Assembly: GCA_020348925.1 (NCBI GenBank)
Contig: CP070758.1
Location: 3,487,688 to 3,551,687 of the forward strand
Direction: 5' to 3'
DNA from: Gemmatimonadota bacterium
GTDB lineage: Bacteria > JBHIER01 > G020348925
DNA length: 64,000 nt
Position numbers and translations under genes: made by a program. The notes beneath the pieces were generated by a model, which ran no database searches, was not told where the DNA came from, and was given only the letters and a program-made list of their open reading frames with translations. This document shows positions 39,501 to 48,314 of the stretch, piece after piece (positions within the stretch are counted from its first letter, which is position 1; each line of letters opens with the position of its first letter).

Positions 39501-42500
39501 CACCAGGCGCCATCGGAAGAACAACAAGCTGCTCCTTCGGATGAGCTGAGATATAGAAATCCCCGATAGGTGGAGACGGGGGAAAGTTTGTCGACAAGGT
39601 TATCGGTCCAATAATCCCTCCGAAGACACCGGTCGACCACTCATGAGTTTCAAGCATCTCTATGAATTCCCTGCAGGTATCGGAGAAGACGCGGGTCCCT
39701 TCAAAAACGCCCACCATCGTCAGGGTATAAAAGCTCGTCTCCCTGCCGACCACCTCCACACGGTATTCGCCCAATTTAGGGGCATGAATCGTCACGCTCA
39801 TCGGTTCGGGCCCGGAGCAGACCGCGCCGGGTATACCGCATTCGATCACACCAGTCTCATAACTGATCCAGCAGCGGTTTCCCTGGGCATCATAGACAAA
39901 CAGGTCGGCCGGGCTCGACAGCTCCCACCTGGCCCAGCTGTCCGGTGTAAAAGCTGTCTCCCACGTTTGCAGCCCGAGAATGGCTTCGGCTGTGGCCAAG
40001 ACCTTCTTCTCCGTATCTTCGGGATGATAGGGCGCCAGATCCACCCCTCGCCACCAGCCTTCGGTATCCTGCCGACTCAAGAGTTCCGCCGAGAAATCAT
40101 CGTACCAGGTGTGAGCATCGATCACCATGCTCTGCCAGAGCATGGTGAAGGCCTTCATCACGGTCATGACGTAGTAATAGTAAAACAGATTCGGATCAAA
40201 AATATTCCCGGGATTGTGATTGTGATATCCGGACTGAGCGAACAGCCAGTTTTTCCCGTCAATGATTCTTGAATCCGCGGCATCGAGACCGCAGCAATAC
40301 AAGGCCCAGATCCCTGCCGCCGTCATACTGGCATAGGAGGCGCCTCCACCCCAGGGTTCGGTTCCGTTTCCCGGACTGGTATAATGGAAGCCGCCATCCG
40401 GGTTCTGGCAATTGCTGACATAATCGATGGCAGCGTTCAGCCTGTCAGGATAATCCGACAGAAGGGGTCCTGGCTCGACTTTTAAAGCTAACAGGGCAAA
40501 CTGGGTGTTCGACATGTCGGCCCAATTGCAGGTGGGATATCCCCAGCCGCCGTAATCGGCATGCCCTGGATTATACGTACAGCCATCCGCCGCCAATCCG
40601 TAACATTGGGCCGACAAGAGATAATTCTTGGCGTCGTTGACAGCCGTAACCAAGGCAGGCGGTTCATAGTAGTCTTCTGTGACAAATAAAGCAGCAGACA
40701 GTGCCCAGACGACTATCGATGTCTCGTAGGTTTTATATGCACCGAAGGATCCGTCAGGATTCTGCTGGGTCAGGAGCCAATTCAACGCCGACCAGACCAC
40801 ATCCGTTGCATCCAGCGGATCGACGCCGGCATTGATGAAGGCCAAAGCCACCAGAGCCGTCACCCCCACACTGCCTGTCCCGGGCCCGTCTTCGTGGGCC
40901 CACGAACCATCAGGGTTCTGCACGGACTGAAGCCAGCACAGGGCTTTCCAGACGCCCGCCGTTGTTCCCACGAAGCCGTTATCGAAGAAGTCCAGATAGG
41001 CGCTCATCAAATCGTTTTTGGTGAAAACACTGGCACTGGCATCATCCAGTCCCCCGAACTGGAAGGATGTACCGATGGTACGGTATGGCGCCCCTGTGGG
41101 ATCATGGGCCACACCGCAGACATAGGACGGGGAATCGTTTTTGTGGATCTCCCTGGCAGGACATATGGGAGAGATCCGATCTATATACACATTCTCACCC
41201 GAATAGGTATAGTCCATACCCTGAAAATCGTTGGCCCCAAGAATCGTATTCAAGTCACCCTCATAGGGACCATCATCCAACCCATTGATATAAAACATGT
41301 CATGAAGGGCAGTCTGTTCATCATAGGCCCATGTTTCGCCCCCCTCCATATACAGTCTGCCTCCTCCATTCAGGTAATCCACAAGCTGTGTCACCTCCGG
41401 GAAACTGCTGTTCATTCGCAGACATTGCTGTGCTATACCCAGGCAGACAAAGACGTAATCGAAATCACCCAGTTCGAAATAACTGATTTCATCGGCAATG
41501 AGAGAGCTTTTTCCGTTTGCCGTGAGAGCAGCCTGCATGGCCACCGCACTGGTGCTGGTCACATCAGGAGGCAACCAGATGAGGGCATCCCGGTCGTTGT
41601 ACTGGGTCACCGTCACTTCAACGGGACTGTTGTCCGCCGTCAGTGAAACCACTTCCACTGTTCCGACTCGAAAATCGACACCTGCGTTTTCATTACAGTG
41701 CACCTGTATGGTCCCGTCGCCCGTTCCGCTGCTTCCGGAAATGATACTCAACCACGTACCGCCGCCGATGACTGAAGCGGTCCAGTTCATGCCCGGATTG
41801 CTGCAATCTACAGTATAAGTATAATCACCGGCCCGGTGACCCACGGTAATATTGGATGGTTGTACCATAACGCATTCCATCGCCGTTCCGGCATATTCAG
41901 CCACGAATAGATTTGGACCCAGGTTCTCCAGGATCAACGCTATAACTTCCGTCGTATCGGGATGAAACGCATGGCCGACTTCCGGGGTAAAACCGAAGAC
42001 CTTGTTTTTTGTCGTCTGCTCCCCGTACATCCAGTCGTCTGTGCCACCATTAACGAGGTACATGATACCCGCAAGGGGATTGCCATATTCGTATCCGTTG
42101 AAGGCAGCCATGCCCCCTGCAATGCATATAAATGTTGCATGATCGGGCGTGTTGGCCTCAATATAATTCCACGGGAAAACATACACATCGGCATGGGAAT
42201 GATAAGACAGGGCGATGACGAAATTGTGGGACTCTACCAGATCGCGGATGGCCTGGGTCTCCGGCTCGGAAAAGGCCGCCGTGCCGCGATACGTTGCGCC
42301 ACTCGTATTCGGACTGGAGCCATAATCATCATAACCCCACTGGTAACCGTAATTGCGGTTGAGATCGACTCCGTAGGTGCCATCACCGTTGTCCCTCCGA
42401 TTCTTGCGCCACCAGATATCATCGTTTCGCACATACTCCAGACCGTCGGGATTCACCATGGGAACGATCCAGACCTGCCGGTTGTCCACGATATTCGTCA

Positions 42501-43089
42501 CCTGGGGGTCCGTGCCGTAATTATCCACCAGATAGTTCATGAAATACAGAAGCAGCTCGGGTGTGATGATCTCCCGGGCATGGTGACAGCCCATGTACAG
42601 GATCTCAGGCTCAGCCGGTTCCTCAACGGCAACATTGTCCGAGATCTTGATGGCCCAAATGTCACGATCGGCTAAACTCTGGGTTTTTTCCCAACTGTCA
42701 CCGATATCGTACACCTTGGCGATACCCGGATGGGCGGCTTCCACGGCCTGCATCTCCGCCAGCATCTCGGCGTAGGAGTGAAAGTGGTCGAAATACTCCT
42801 GCGCCTGCAGTACTTTCGTTCTGGCTCTGAGATCCTCCATGAGAACAGTTATCTTGAAACCGAGCTGCTCGATGGCTGCATCCTCGCTGCCGCGGGCGAC
42901 AATATCGACGTAGTATTCATCCGGATTATAAAAGGCAACATCCGGACCGAGCTTCATCAGCTCAAGGATTTCGGCTTCAGTTTTCTTCGTGAGATCGACA
43001 CGGATGAGCTTCACTTCCCCTGTGTCCGAGTAGACCGCAGTCGACAAAACGCAGAGCACGACGGCAAGAGCAATAACGAACCTTCCCAT
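36550..43089 (-). CDS. Giant secreted M14 carboxypeptidase T-like protein with BACON, prenyltransferase/squalene-cyclase repeats, two cohesin-like domains, dockerin-like domain and T9SS-type tail (2179 aa)
   Basis: HHARE, RKNR, DLNRNY, SYHS, three QNPDG(S/G)(W/F) QW motifs, two cohesin-like (F/Y)D..F(D/N)EG modules, ADVTGDGTVSAFDA, QNYPNPFNP. Confidence 0.88.
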   Translation of the reverse strand: MGRFVIALAVVLCVLSTAVYSDTGEVKLIRVDLTKKTEAEILELMKLGPDVAFYNPDEYYVDIVARGSEDAAIEQLGFKITVLMEDLRARTKVLQAQEYFDHFHSYAEMLAEMQAVEAAHPGIAKVYDIGDSWEKTQSLADRDIWAIKISDNVAVEEPAEPEILYMGCHHAREIITPELLLYFMNYLVDNYGTDPQVTNIVDNRQVWIVPMVNPDGLEYVRNDDIWWRKNRRDNGDGTYGVDLNRNYGYQWGYDDYGSSPNTSGATYRGTAAFSEPETQAIRDLVESHNFVIALSYHSHADVYVFPWNYIEANTPDHATFICIAGGMAAFNGYEYGNPLAGIMYLVNGGTDDWMYGEQTTKNKVFGFTPEVGHAFHPDTTEVIALILENLGPNLFVAEYAGTAMECVMVQPSNITVGHRAGDYTYTVDCSNPGMNWTASVIGGGTWLSIISGSSGTGDGTIQVHCNENAGVDFRVGTVEVVSLTADNSPVEVTVTQYNDRDALIWLPPDVTSTSAVAMQAALTANGKSSLIADEISYFELGDFDYVFVCLGIAQQCLRMNSSFPEVTQLVDYLNGGGRLYMEGGETWAYDEQTALHDMFYINGLDDGPYEGDLNTILGANDFQGMDYTYSGENVYIDRISPICPAREIHKNDSPSYVCGVAHDPTGAPYRTIGTSFQFGGLDDASASVFTKNDLMSAYLDFFDNGFVGTTAGVWKALCWLQSVQNPDGSWAHEDGPGTGSVGVTALVALAFINAGVDPLDATDVVWSALNWLLTQQNPDGSFGAYKTYETSIVVWALSAALFVTEDYYEPPALVTAVNDAKNYLLSAQCYGLAADGCTYNPGHADYGGWGYPTCNWADMSNTQFALLALKVEPGPLLSDYPDRLNAAIDYVSNCQNPDGGFHYTSPGNGTEPWGGGASYASMTAAGIWALYCCGLDAADSRIIDGKNWLFAQSGYHNHNPGNIFDPNLFYYYYVMTVMKAFTMLWQSMVIDAHTWYDDFSAELLSRQDTEGWWRGVDLAPYHPEDTEKKVLATAEAILGLQTWETAFTPDSWARWELSSPADLFVYDAQGNRCWISYETGVIECGIPGAVCSGPEPMSVTIHAPKLGEYRVEVVGRETSFYTLTMVGVFEGTRVFSDTCREFIEMLETHEWSTGVFGGIIGPITLSTNFPPSPPIGDFYISAHPKEQLVVLPMAPGAKLVSTQTENTMASGPEMVEVGQTATYTVTVISLGGFSGPVSLSVCNLCCNLIAGFGPNPVLVPPAGSVNATLIVEASSTTPVGIHPFILLGMDETGMLRHTSEVRLKVIDAPDFTLTVAQDTAFVLQRGGTLVATTVTSLLGFNEAVELTVEGLPAGVTSSFYPDPVTPMPSGSINSVLTLRSSMAAPLGAHTVSVTGEAEDSLVHSDEFVLVIEESGDDPTVALSIEPPLVIQKPDSYFDVCLYSDDMSGLYVNTLYGEISFDTTVVWFDSTMVYDSTCLDSTGWDIKWHFKGGAHDTVQFWLIGGGDASEGIECGGCLVNFGFWVDASATPGDTSFITIEEIFFDEGSWETAAEEGMVIVNRPPELVTAVDETIYYHEMYEECFDIVAVDADNDSIVLWSELDPEPCDGAGEDTVRGLGSTSMEFCWRPLKLGACDTLDIDFIAMSTHTTGQPLYDTVSTTIVVEDCEILVAWPDTTWHAGGWLEIPVRIHPDYEPLADLDVVSVTLVLCYDPELMTVGEVGNEGLITENWGALTYDVDEEGGTIAVSMAGNYPLPQSDPICTWYDMLYVGFWIDPEAEEGACNYLCIDHVMFNEGEPAACHDDGVFIVVRHAIGGSVSYCSTGVAVDDVAMTLTWDVDLDGLIDEVMLNATDENGDYWFYHLYGSTGEYCVTPSKAGGLGIQTITSYDAAMILRTICNAVTLDSCQLEAADVTGDGTVSAFDASVLLKYVVTQNTNAPLIPENSIGSWLFFPPVRCTVSIKDDVPDQDFYAVLVGDVSRNWPGSAGPKIAAGGIEVEINDPGIVLTFSEPVAAMDLVLRNAADLRPASVHIDGALVEWRTDGDEIRVAAAGERDFSQVALTFPELFRAVLDIEAIVDEATMLTATAKVVPLPKAYSLAQNYPNPFNPKTKIAFELPRECDVDLAVYNVLGQKVETLIKREMTPGHHEVIWYAESAPSGVYFCILTAGDFSAVRKMVLMK

Positions 43090-43207
43090 GAAGTCCCTCC
43101 TCTCAACATGACATGGTGAACAGATCTATTGCATTTTCAATCGCTGCGAGGTAGTATTTCTTTTGTTCCCTCAACATAATGTATTACCGACTGACAGACA
43201 TATGGTT

Positions 43208-43236
43208 ATTATAGTATCGTTCACACCGTATGTCAA
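43208..43236 (-). promoter_or_regulatory. Perfect consensus sigma70 promoter of the M14 gene
   Basis: TTGACA-17 bp-TATAAT. Confidence 0.85.
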
Positions 43237-43297
43237 GGAAAATATGTTATTTTTCAAATGTACGTCTTCATTCGAAAGGACCTAATCCCTCTTAACA

Positions 43298-43334
43298 GAA
43301 ACACCCCGGAGTCTCATGAACCCCGGGGTGTTTC
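43298..43334 (-). terminator. Intrinsic terminator
   Basis: GAAACACCCCGG...CCGGGGTGTTTC. Similar hairpin at 45458-45492. Confidence 0.7.
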
Positions 43335-43352
43335 ATGCAGCGATACTATCCT

Positions 43353-45444
43353 CTACTTCATCAGAATCATCTTGCGCATGGCGCTGAATTCGCCCGCCGT
43401 GATGGTGTAAAAGTATACACCACTCGGCGCAGACTCCGCATTCCAGACGACCTCGTGATGACCTGCAACCAATTTTCTGCCGATTACTGTCTCCACTTTC
43501 TGTCCCAAAACGTTGTACACAGAAAGATCCACGTCACATTCTTTCGGCAGATCAAAAGCGATCTTCGTTATTGGATTAAAGGGATTGGGATAGTTCTGAT
43601 ATAAAACAAAATTTTTCGGGATACCTATACCATCGTGACTATCCTCAACAGGACAACTCTCAGAATAGTCCGGTATCAGTTCTACAGCTTTACAGGCTAC
43701 CGTATCCTGGCAAAATAGTTGTCGAATTCGTCCCTTCTTTCTATAATTGGCTAAACTCAGGAAAGCCATGCTCTGGTCCAAAATTAGGTAAACTGAAGCG
43801 CGTTCCCCAGTCTGCCAGTTCAATGAAGCAGGAAAACCGAAGTCTAACGTCCGAACACCATCCGTAACCGGTTTCTCTCGCTCCCAATGTTTCAAAGGCA
43901 AGCAAGTTCTCATACACCGTGTCAACACCAACGGTACTCAATGATAGGATGCAGGCATGAGGAACCAAAATGCAATCCTGCAAACATCCGTATCCACAAT
44001 ACTCCGTACCGTACGGTGGAAGTGCTGTGGCTGACCACCCCCAGGTCGGTGCACCGATGTGTTGAGCATGGCAGATTTGATCCAGCACAAAGTTTCGAGC
44101 AGATATGCGTAGACTATCCTTCTCGTCCAGAAAGATAGCGGGCAGAAAAGCCATAAACAAACCGCCACCATCCCAGCCGGGCTCATAATGCCACAAATCG
44201 GCATCAACACATTGCGGTGGTTCATGATGTCGATTGAGCCCATCCCAGGAACTACACGGTATTTTTTCTGTTCCTATACTGATGAAATGGGCCAGTCGAG
44301 AATCGGCACAGAGCCAATCATAGTGCCAATCCGAAGCGTGCCCATCCGGGTAGCGACAACCATATGGTACCCCCACGCCCTCATCATAAAACCAGCCCCA
44401 CTCCATGGCACTCAACAGGGCACTGACACGATCTGAAAACTCAGGCAGGCGCTGCCTCAGCAGGATAAGTCCAGCCGCAAGATTGCCGAGATCAACAAAA
44501 GAGATGCAGGTGTCACCTTTTGATGGACTCAAGGACACAACGTGGTTATGGGTCTGTGGAAAACCGTGCCACTTCCGGAAAAACTCAATGCTTGTCAATG
44601 TCCTGCTCAACGTGGCAACGGCATTCGTTGAGTCTTCCAATCCCAGGTCTATGGCCATCAAAAGGGAGGTAATATAGAGGCCGATATTCGTCACGTTCGT
44701 CTCCTCATCGAATGCCACATAAATTGGGACACCACTGCTATCCACAAAAGCGACTTCATCCAGGAAGATCGTCCCGCTTGGATGCATCCCATCATTGAAA
44801 CCGATGCTCAAACGACATAGTGAGGAGAGATCAATGTGATACGACAAGAAATCTTTGAGAGGAATACGCTTCCGCTCCCACGTTTGGCTGGCAGTGATCT
44901 CAGCACTCTGGGGCCGGCCCGGGAAATCGCCCTGACAATCACTCCACAGAACAAATTCGAATCTCTCACTACCTTGAGCGCCTTTGATCCAAATTTGTAA
45001 CCAAACAGCTTCACTCACATCAAAGCCCGGCGAATTCAAATTGTAGCTACCCCAGGTTCCAAACGGCATTTCGTATGTCACCTTCAATCCATAATGACCA
45101 CTCTGGCAACAATTGGGGCTCATGCAGCGACAGCTTGTCAGACAGGCCCCTGGTGCTACATTGATCTTGGGAACAGCACGGACGACAGCAAATTGTGGAA
45201 AAATATCAAAAAGTGAAGCGTCAAAACGATCATGGGGTAAGCCCGTACTTGATTCGACCAGAGCTGAAATGCACTCATACGTGGCACGTGTCAGTGAGTC
45301 CAAATAGGTTTCAATTTGTGGAGAAGACGAAGAGGTCGCATATGAAACAGTGGACGGTCTCAATGCCCCTATACTCAGCGGAATCACAAAGAACCACAAA
45401 ACGACCTTTGAATACACATGCATTTCAAAACCTAAATACCCCAT
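43353..45444 (-). pseudogene. Frameshifted glycoamylase/DUF3131-like (GH144-related) protein with CBM-like insert and T9SS-type tail
   Basis: ORF 43741..45444 has TGLPHD, TNVTNIGLY, ISFVDLGNL, GWDGGGLFM, WGWSA. The family C-terminus (FGF..N..YLILDQSM..L.NY) and tail are in ORF 43353..43931, with a frame switch near 43872. Confidence 0.75.
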
Positions 45445-45511
45445 ATAATGGAATAGACAACACCCCGGGATCTACCAGACCCCGGGGTGTTGCGTGGATT
45501 GATATTATCCT

Positions 45512-47668
45512 CTACTTCATCAAGACCATCCGTTTCGTGGCAGTAAACTCACCAGCTTTGATGGTGGAAAAATAGACTCCGCTCGGCACAGACTCCGCGT
45601 TCCAGGTGATCTCATGATGACCGGCCACCAGCTCTCTGCCGATAAGAGTCACCACCTTCTGTCCTAATACGTTGTACACAGAAAGATCCACCTCACAGTC
45701 CTTCGGCAGATCGAAGGCGATCCTCGTGGTGGGGTTGAACGGATTGGGATAGTTCTGAGCCAAACCGAACTCCCTCGGTACAAGAGCATCCTTTGAGGCG
45801 ATGCTGAAGTTCCGGGCCACCCGCTTGTACGGCGGGCAGAAATCCTCGTCCGACATGTCGGAGCCGCACATGCCGACGGCGTCGCAGCAAGTGACCTGGA
45901 CCCGGCACTGGTCCGACGGCGGACCGGTCACCGTCCAGTCGTAGGATCCCGGGTTACCCGACAACTCTGCAATGACCCACCAGTTCTGGCCGCCGTCAAC
46001 GGAATACTCGACAATGGTGGTATCTATGCCCACGTTGTCCGACCCATCCCACATGATGGTGTAAACCTGCCCGATGTAGAGCACCTCGCCACCGTTGGGC
46101 TGAATAACCGTCACAGACGGTGCAACAACAGCATCCAAGGCTTTGAACACATTGATCCTGCCGCTGCCCAAAAGGCCCTCGTAGCCGGGATTGAGGTCGT
46201 CGATGTTGTCGGTGTAATCCACGATCAGGTCGAAGATTTCCTGCCGGGTCAGAGTGGGATCGTAGGATTTGAGGATACCGGCCTCTCCGGTCGCATGAGG
46301 GGATGCCTGCGAGGTGCCACTGACCCAGGCCACATAGTTCGGGTTGTAGTGCAACGAGTACGTGCTAATCACATTTACCCCAGGAGCAGCAACATCCACC
46401 CACGTGCCGTAGTCCGACCACCAGGGTTTGACATCGCTGTTGTTGACGGCGCATACGTTCAGAACATCCGTCCGCTGTCCCAGATAGTCGGGAACGCTGT
46501 CACCGTCGTTGCCCGCAGCAGCCACGACGAGCACACCGTTGGCAATGGCGTAGTCAAGGGCCGCCCCCAGTCCCCCGGTGTTGGACGATCCCCAGCTGCA
46601 GTTGACGGCCGTCGCCCCCTTGTTCGCGGCGTAGTACATGGCCTGGGCGGCGAAATCCATGCGGACATAGCCGACCTCCTGCCCACCATAGTTGCCCGAC
46701 CAGCCGATCCGGAGGGCCATGACCTTGACGCCGTTGGCCGGATCGTTCATCCCCGCGTTCCAGCCGCCGGCAAGCCCGGCCACCATGACACTGTTGTTCG
46801 TAATAGCTCCCATGATGCCGCCCACGTGCGTGCCGTGACCGTTGAAATCCGTGGGCTCGTTGTCCTCCGTATAGCAGTCCTCACCCGGCCAGCAATTGCT
46901 CCCGCCGTTCACAAAGTCCCAGCCGATCCAGTCGTCGACATAGCTGTTGCCGTCATCGTCGACTCCTTTTATCCCATTGTACTCCGCCCAGTTGATCCAG
47001 ACATTCCCTTCGGTGTACGGCGACAGACCACCCAAGTCACGCGAGTTGTATTGCAGTCCCGTATCCAGATCTCCAAGGAGGATGCTGGCATCGCCGGTCT
47101 CCAGATCCCAGGCATCCGTGGCATCCACGTCGTTGTCATCGCTGTCGTAGAAATTCCACTGGTCGGACAGGAAATAGGGATCGTTCGGGATCGACTCGAA
47201 CACCCGATGGACACCGATCTTCTCCACATGGTCCACGCTCGGATTCTCCGAGTAGGCTTTCACGACGTCATCCAGACTCTTGCCCGAATCAAACTTCACA
47301 ATGTAGTACCGAGAAAGGTCGGGTGCATCCACACGCCTCACCTCGGCAGCCGTCTCAACATCAGGGAATTCCCGGTACATTTTGGTCACTTGAAACTCTT
47401 TGTTCACCATGTCCACAGCCGCAATGCCGGTCGTTATGATCCCTTCCTGTAAAACCGGCTGTACATTTGCCTCTCTCTTGAACTCCACTACAATGGCATC
47501 TGGCACGTACTGCTGATCCGCCTCTGCTATGAGAGAAGTGACGGGCTGGAAAGGAACCCGAATCTCTTTTAATCTCGTAATGTCTTGAACATCACCGATG
47601 CCCTGGGCCATGACACTCTGAGACAAGGCAAAGAGAATGAATGTACTCACAATTATTACGGTTTTCAT
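45512..47668 (-). CDS. S8 subtilisin-like serine peptidase with T9SS-type tail
   Basis: DTG / HGTHVGG / SGTSQASPH triad, PNDPYF, PNGGE module, QNYPNPFNP. Start MKTVII follows GGAGGGGGG. Confidence 0.92.
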   Translation of the reverse strand: MKTVIIVSTFILFALSQSVMAQGIGDVQDITRLKEIRVPFQPVTSLIAEADQQYVPDAIVVEFKREANVQPVLQEGIITTGIAAVDMVNKEFQVTKMYREFPDVETAAEVRRVDAPDLSRYYIVKFDSGKSLDDVVKAYSENPSVDHVEKIGVHRVFESIPNDPYFLSDQWNFYDSDDNDVDATDAWDLETGDASILLGDLDTGLQYNSRDLGGLSPYTEGNVWINWAEYNGIKGVDDDGNSYVDDWIGWDFVNGGSNCWPGEDCYTEDNEPTDFNGHGTHVGGIMGAITNNSVMVAGLAGGWNAGMNDPANGVKVMALRIGWSGNYGGQEVGYVRMDFAAQAMYYAANKGATAVNCSWGSSNTGGLGAALDYAIANGVLVVAAAGNDGDSVPDYLGQRTDVLNVCAVNNSDVKPWWSDYGTWVDVAAPGVNVISTYSLHYNPNYVAWVSGTSQASPHATGEAGILKSYDPTLTRQEIFDLIVDYTDNIDDLNPGYEGLLGSGRINVFKALDAVVAPSVTVIQPNGGEVLYIGQVYTIMWDGSDNVGIDTTIVEYSVDGGQNWWVIAELSGNPGSYDWTVTGPPSDQCRVQVTCCDAVGMCGSDMSDEDFCPPYKRVARNFSIASKDALVPREFGLAQNYPNPFNPTTRIAFDLPKDCEVDLSVYNVLGQKVVTLIGRELVAGHHEITWNAESVPSGVYFSTIKAGEFTATKRMVLMK

Positions 47669-48012
47669 AATGATACCCCCCTCCAAAAGGCACACCATTT
47701 TTGAAACAGACACGAGAACCATTTAACAAACAATGCCAGGAGCCACCCCCTTTCATTCAATGGAGATAGAGACACAGTCCGGAACCCTTATCACCCCCTT
47801 TCATGGAGATTCTGTGGCCGGTCTCGAGCGCATCACCCCCTTTTCGAGTTTAAGAAAGAAAAAAGTGAGATCGAAAAAATAACGGACTCTCAAGAACGAT
47901 CAAAGTATCCTTGCCACTCCATTCAGAGAGCCCATCTTCATAACCACAAAAGTCTGTCCTGGGAGAAGATCACGATTCCGATATCTGGTGTGCTGTTCTT
48001 AATGATTGTTTA

Positions 48013-48041
48013 ATTATAGGTATTTTTAGACGAAATGTCAA
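48013..48041 (-). promoter_or_regulatory. Perfect consensus sigma70 promoter of S8 peptidase 45512..47668
   Basis: TTGACA-17 bp-TATAAT. Confidence 0.85.
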
Positions 48042-48314
48042 GGAAAAAACGGGGGGCAGGCTCCCTTTTACCGCACTCTTTTCCGGAACTATTGTTGAAA
48101 CCGGCCAGGAAATTACAATTTTCGTAAGAATTCAGCCGCCTGGATGATTCCATGTCTTCCCGCTACTCCCCAGCGGGAAGACACAAATGTCACCCTCCTT
48201 TTTCGAGCATTGAAAAAGCCGCCCTGGTTTGACGACCGGGGCGGCTTTTCATGTCTTTTCAAAGATGAAGTGCGACTCCCGGAGCCTTGAAGACTTCGGA
48301 AGTCTGATCTTAAC

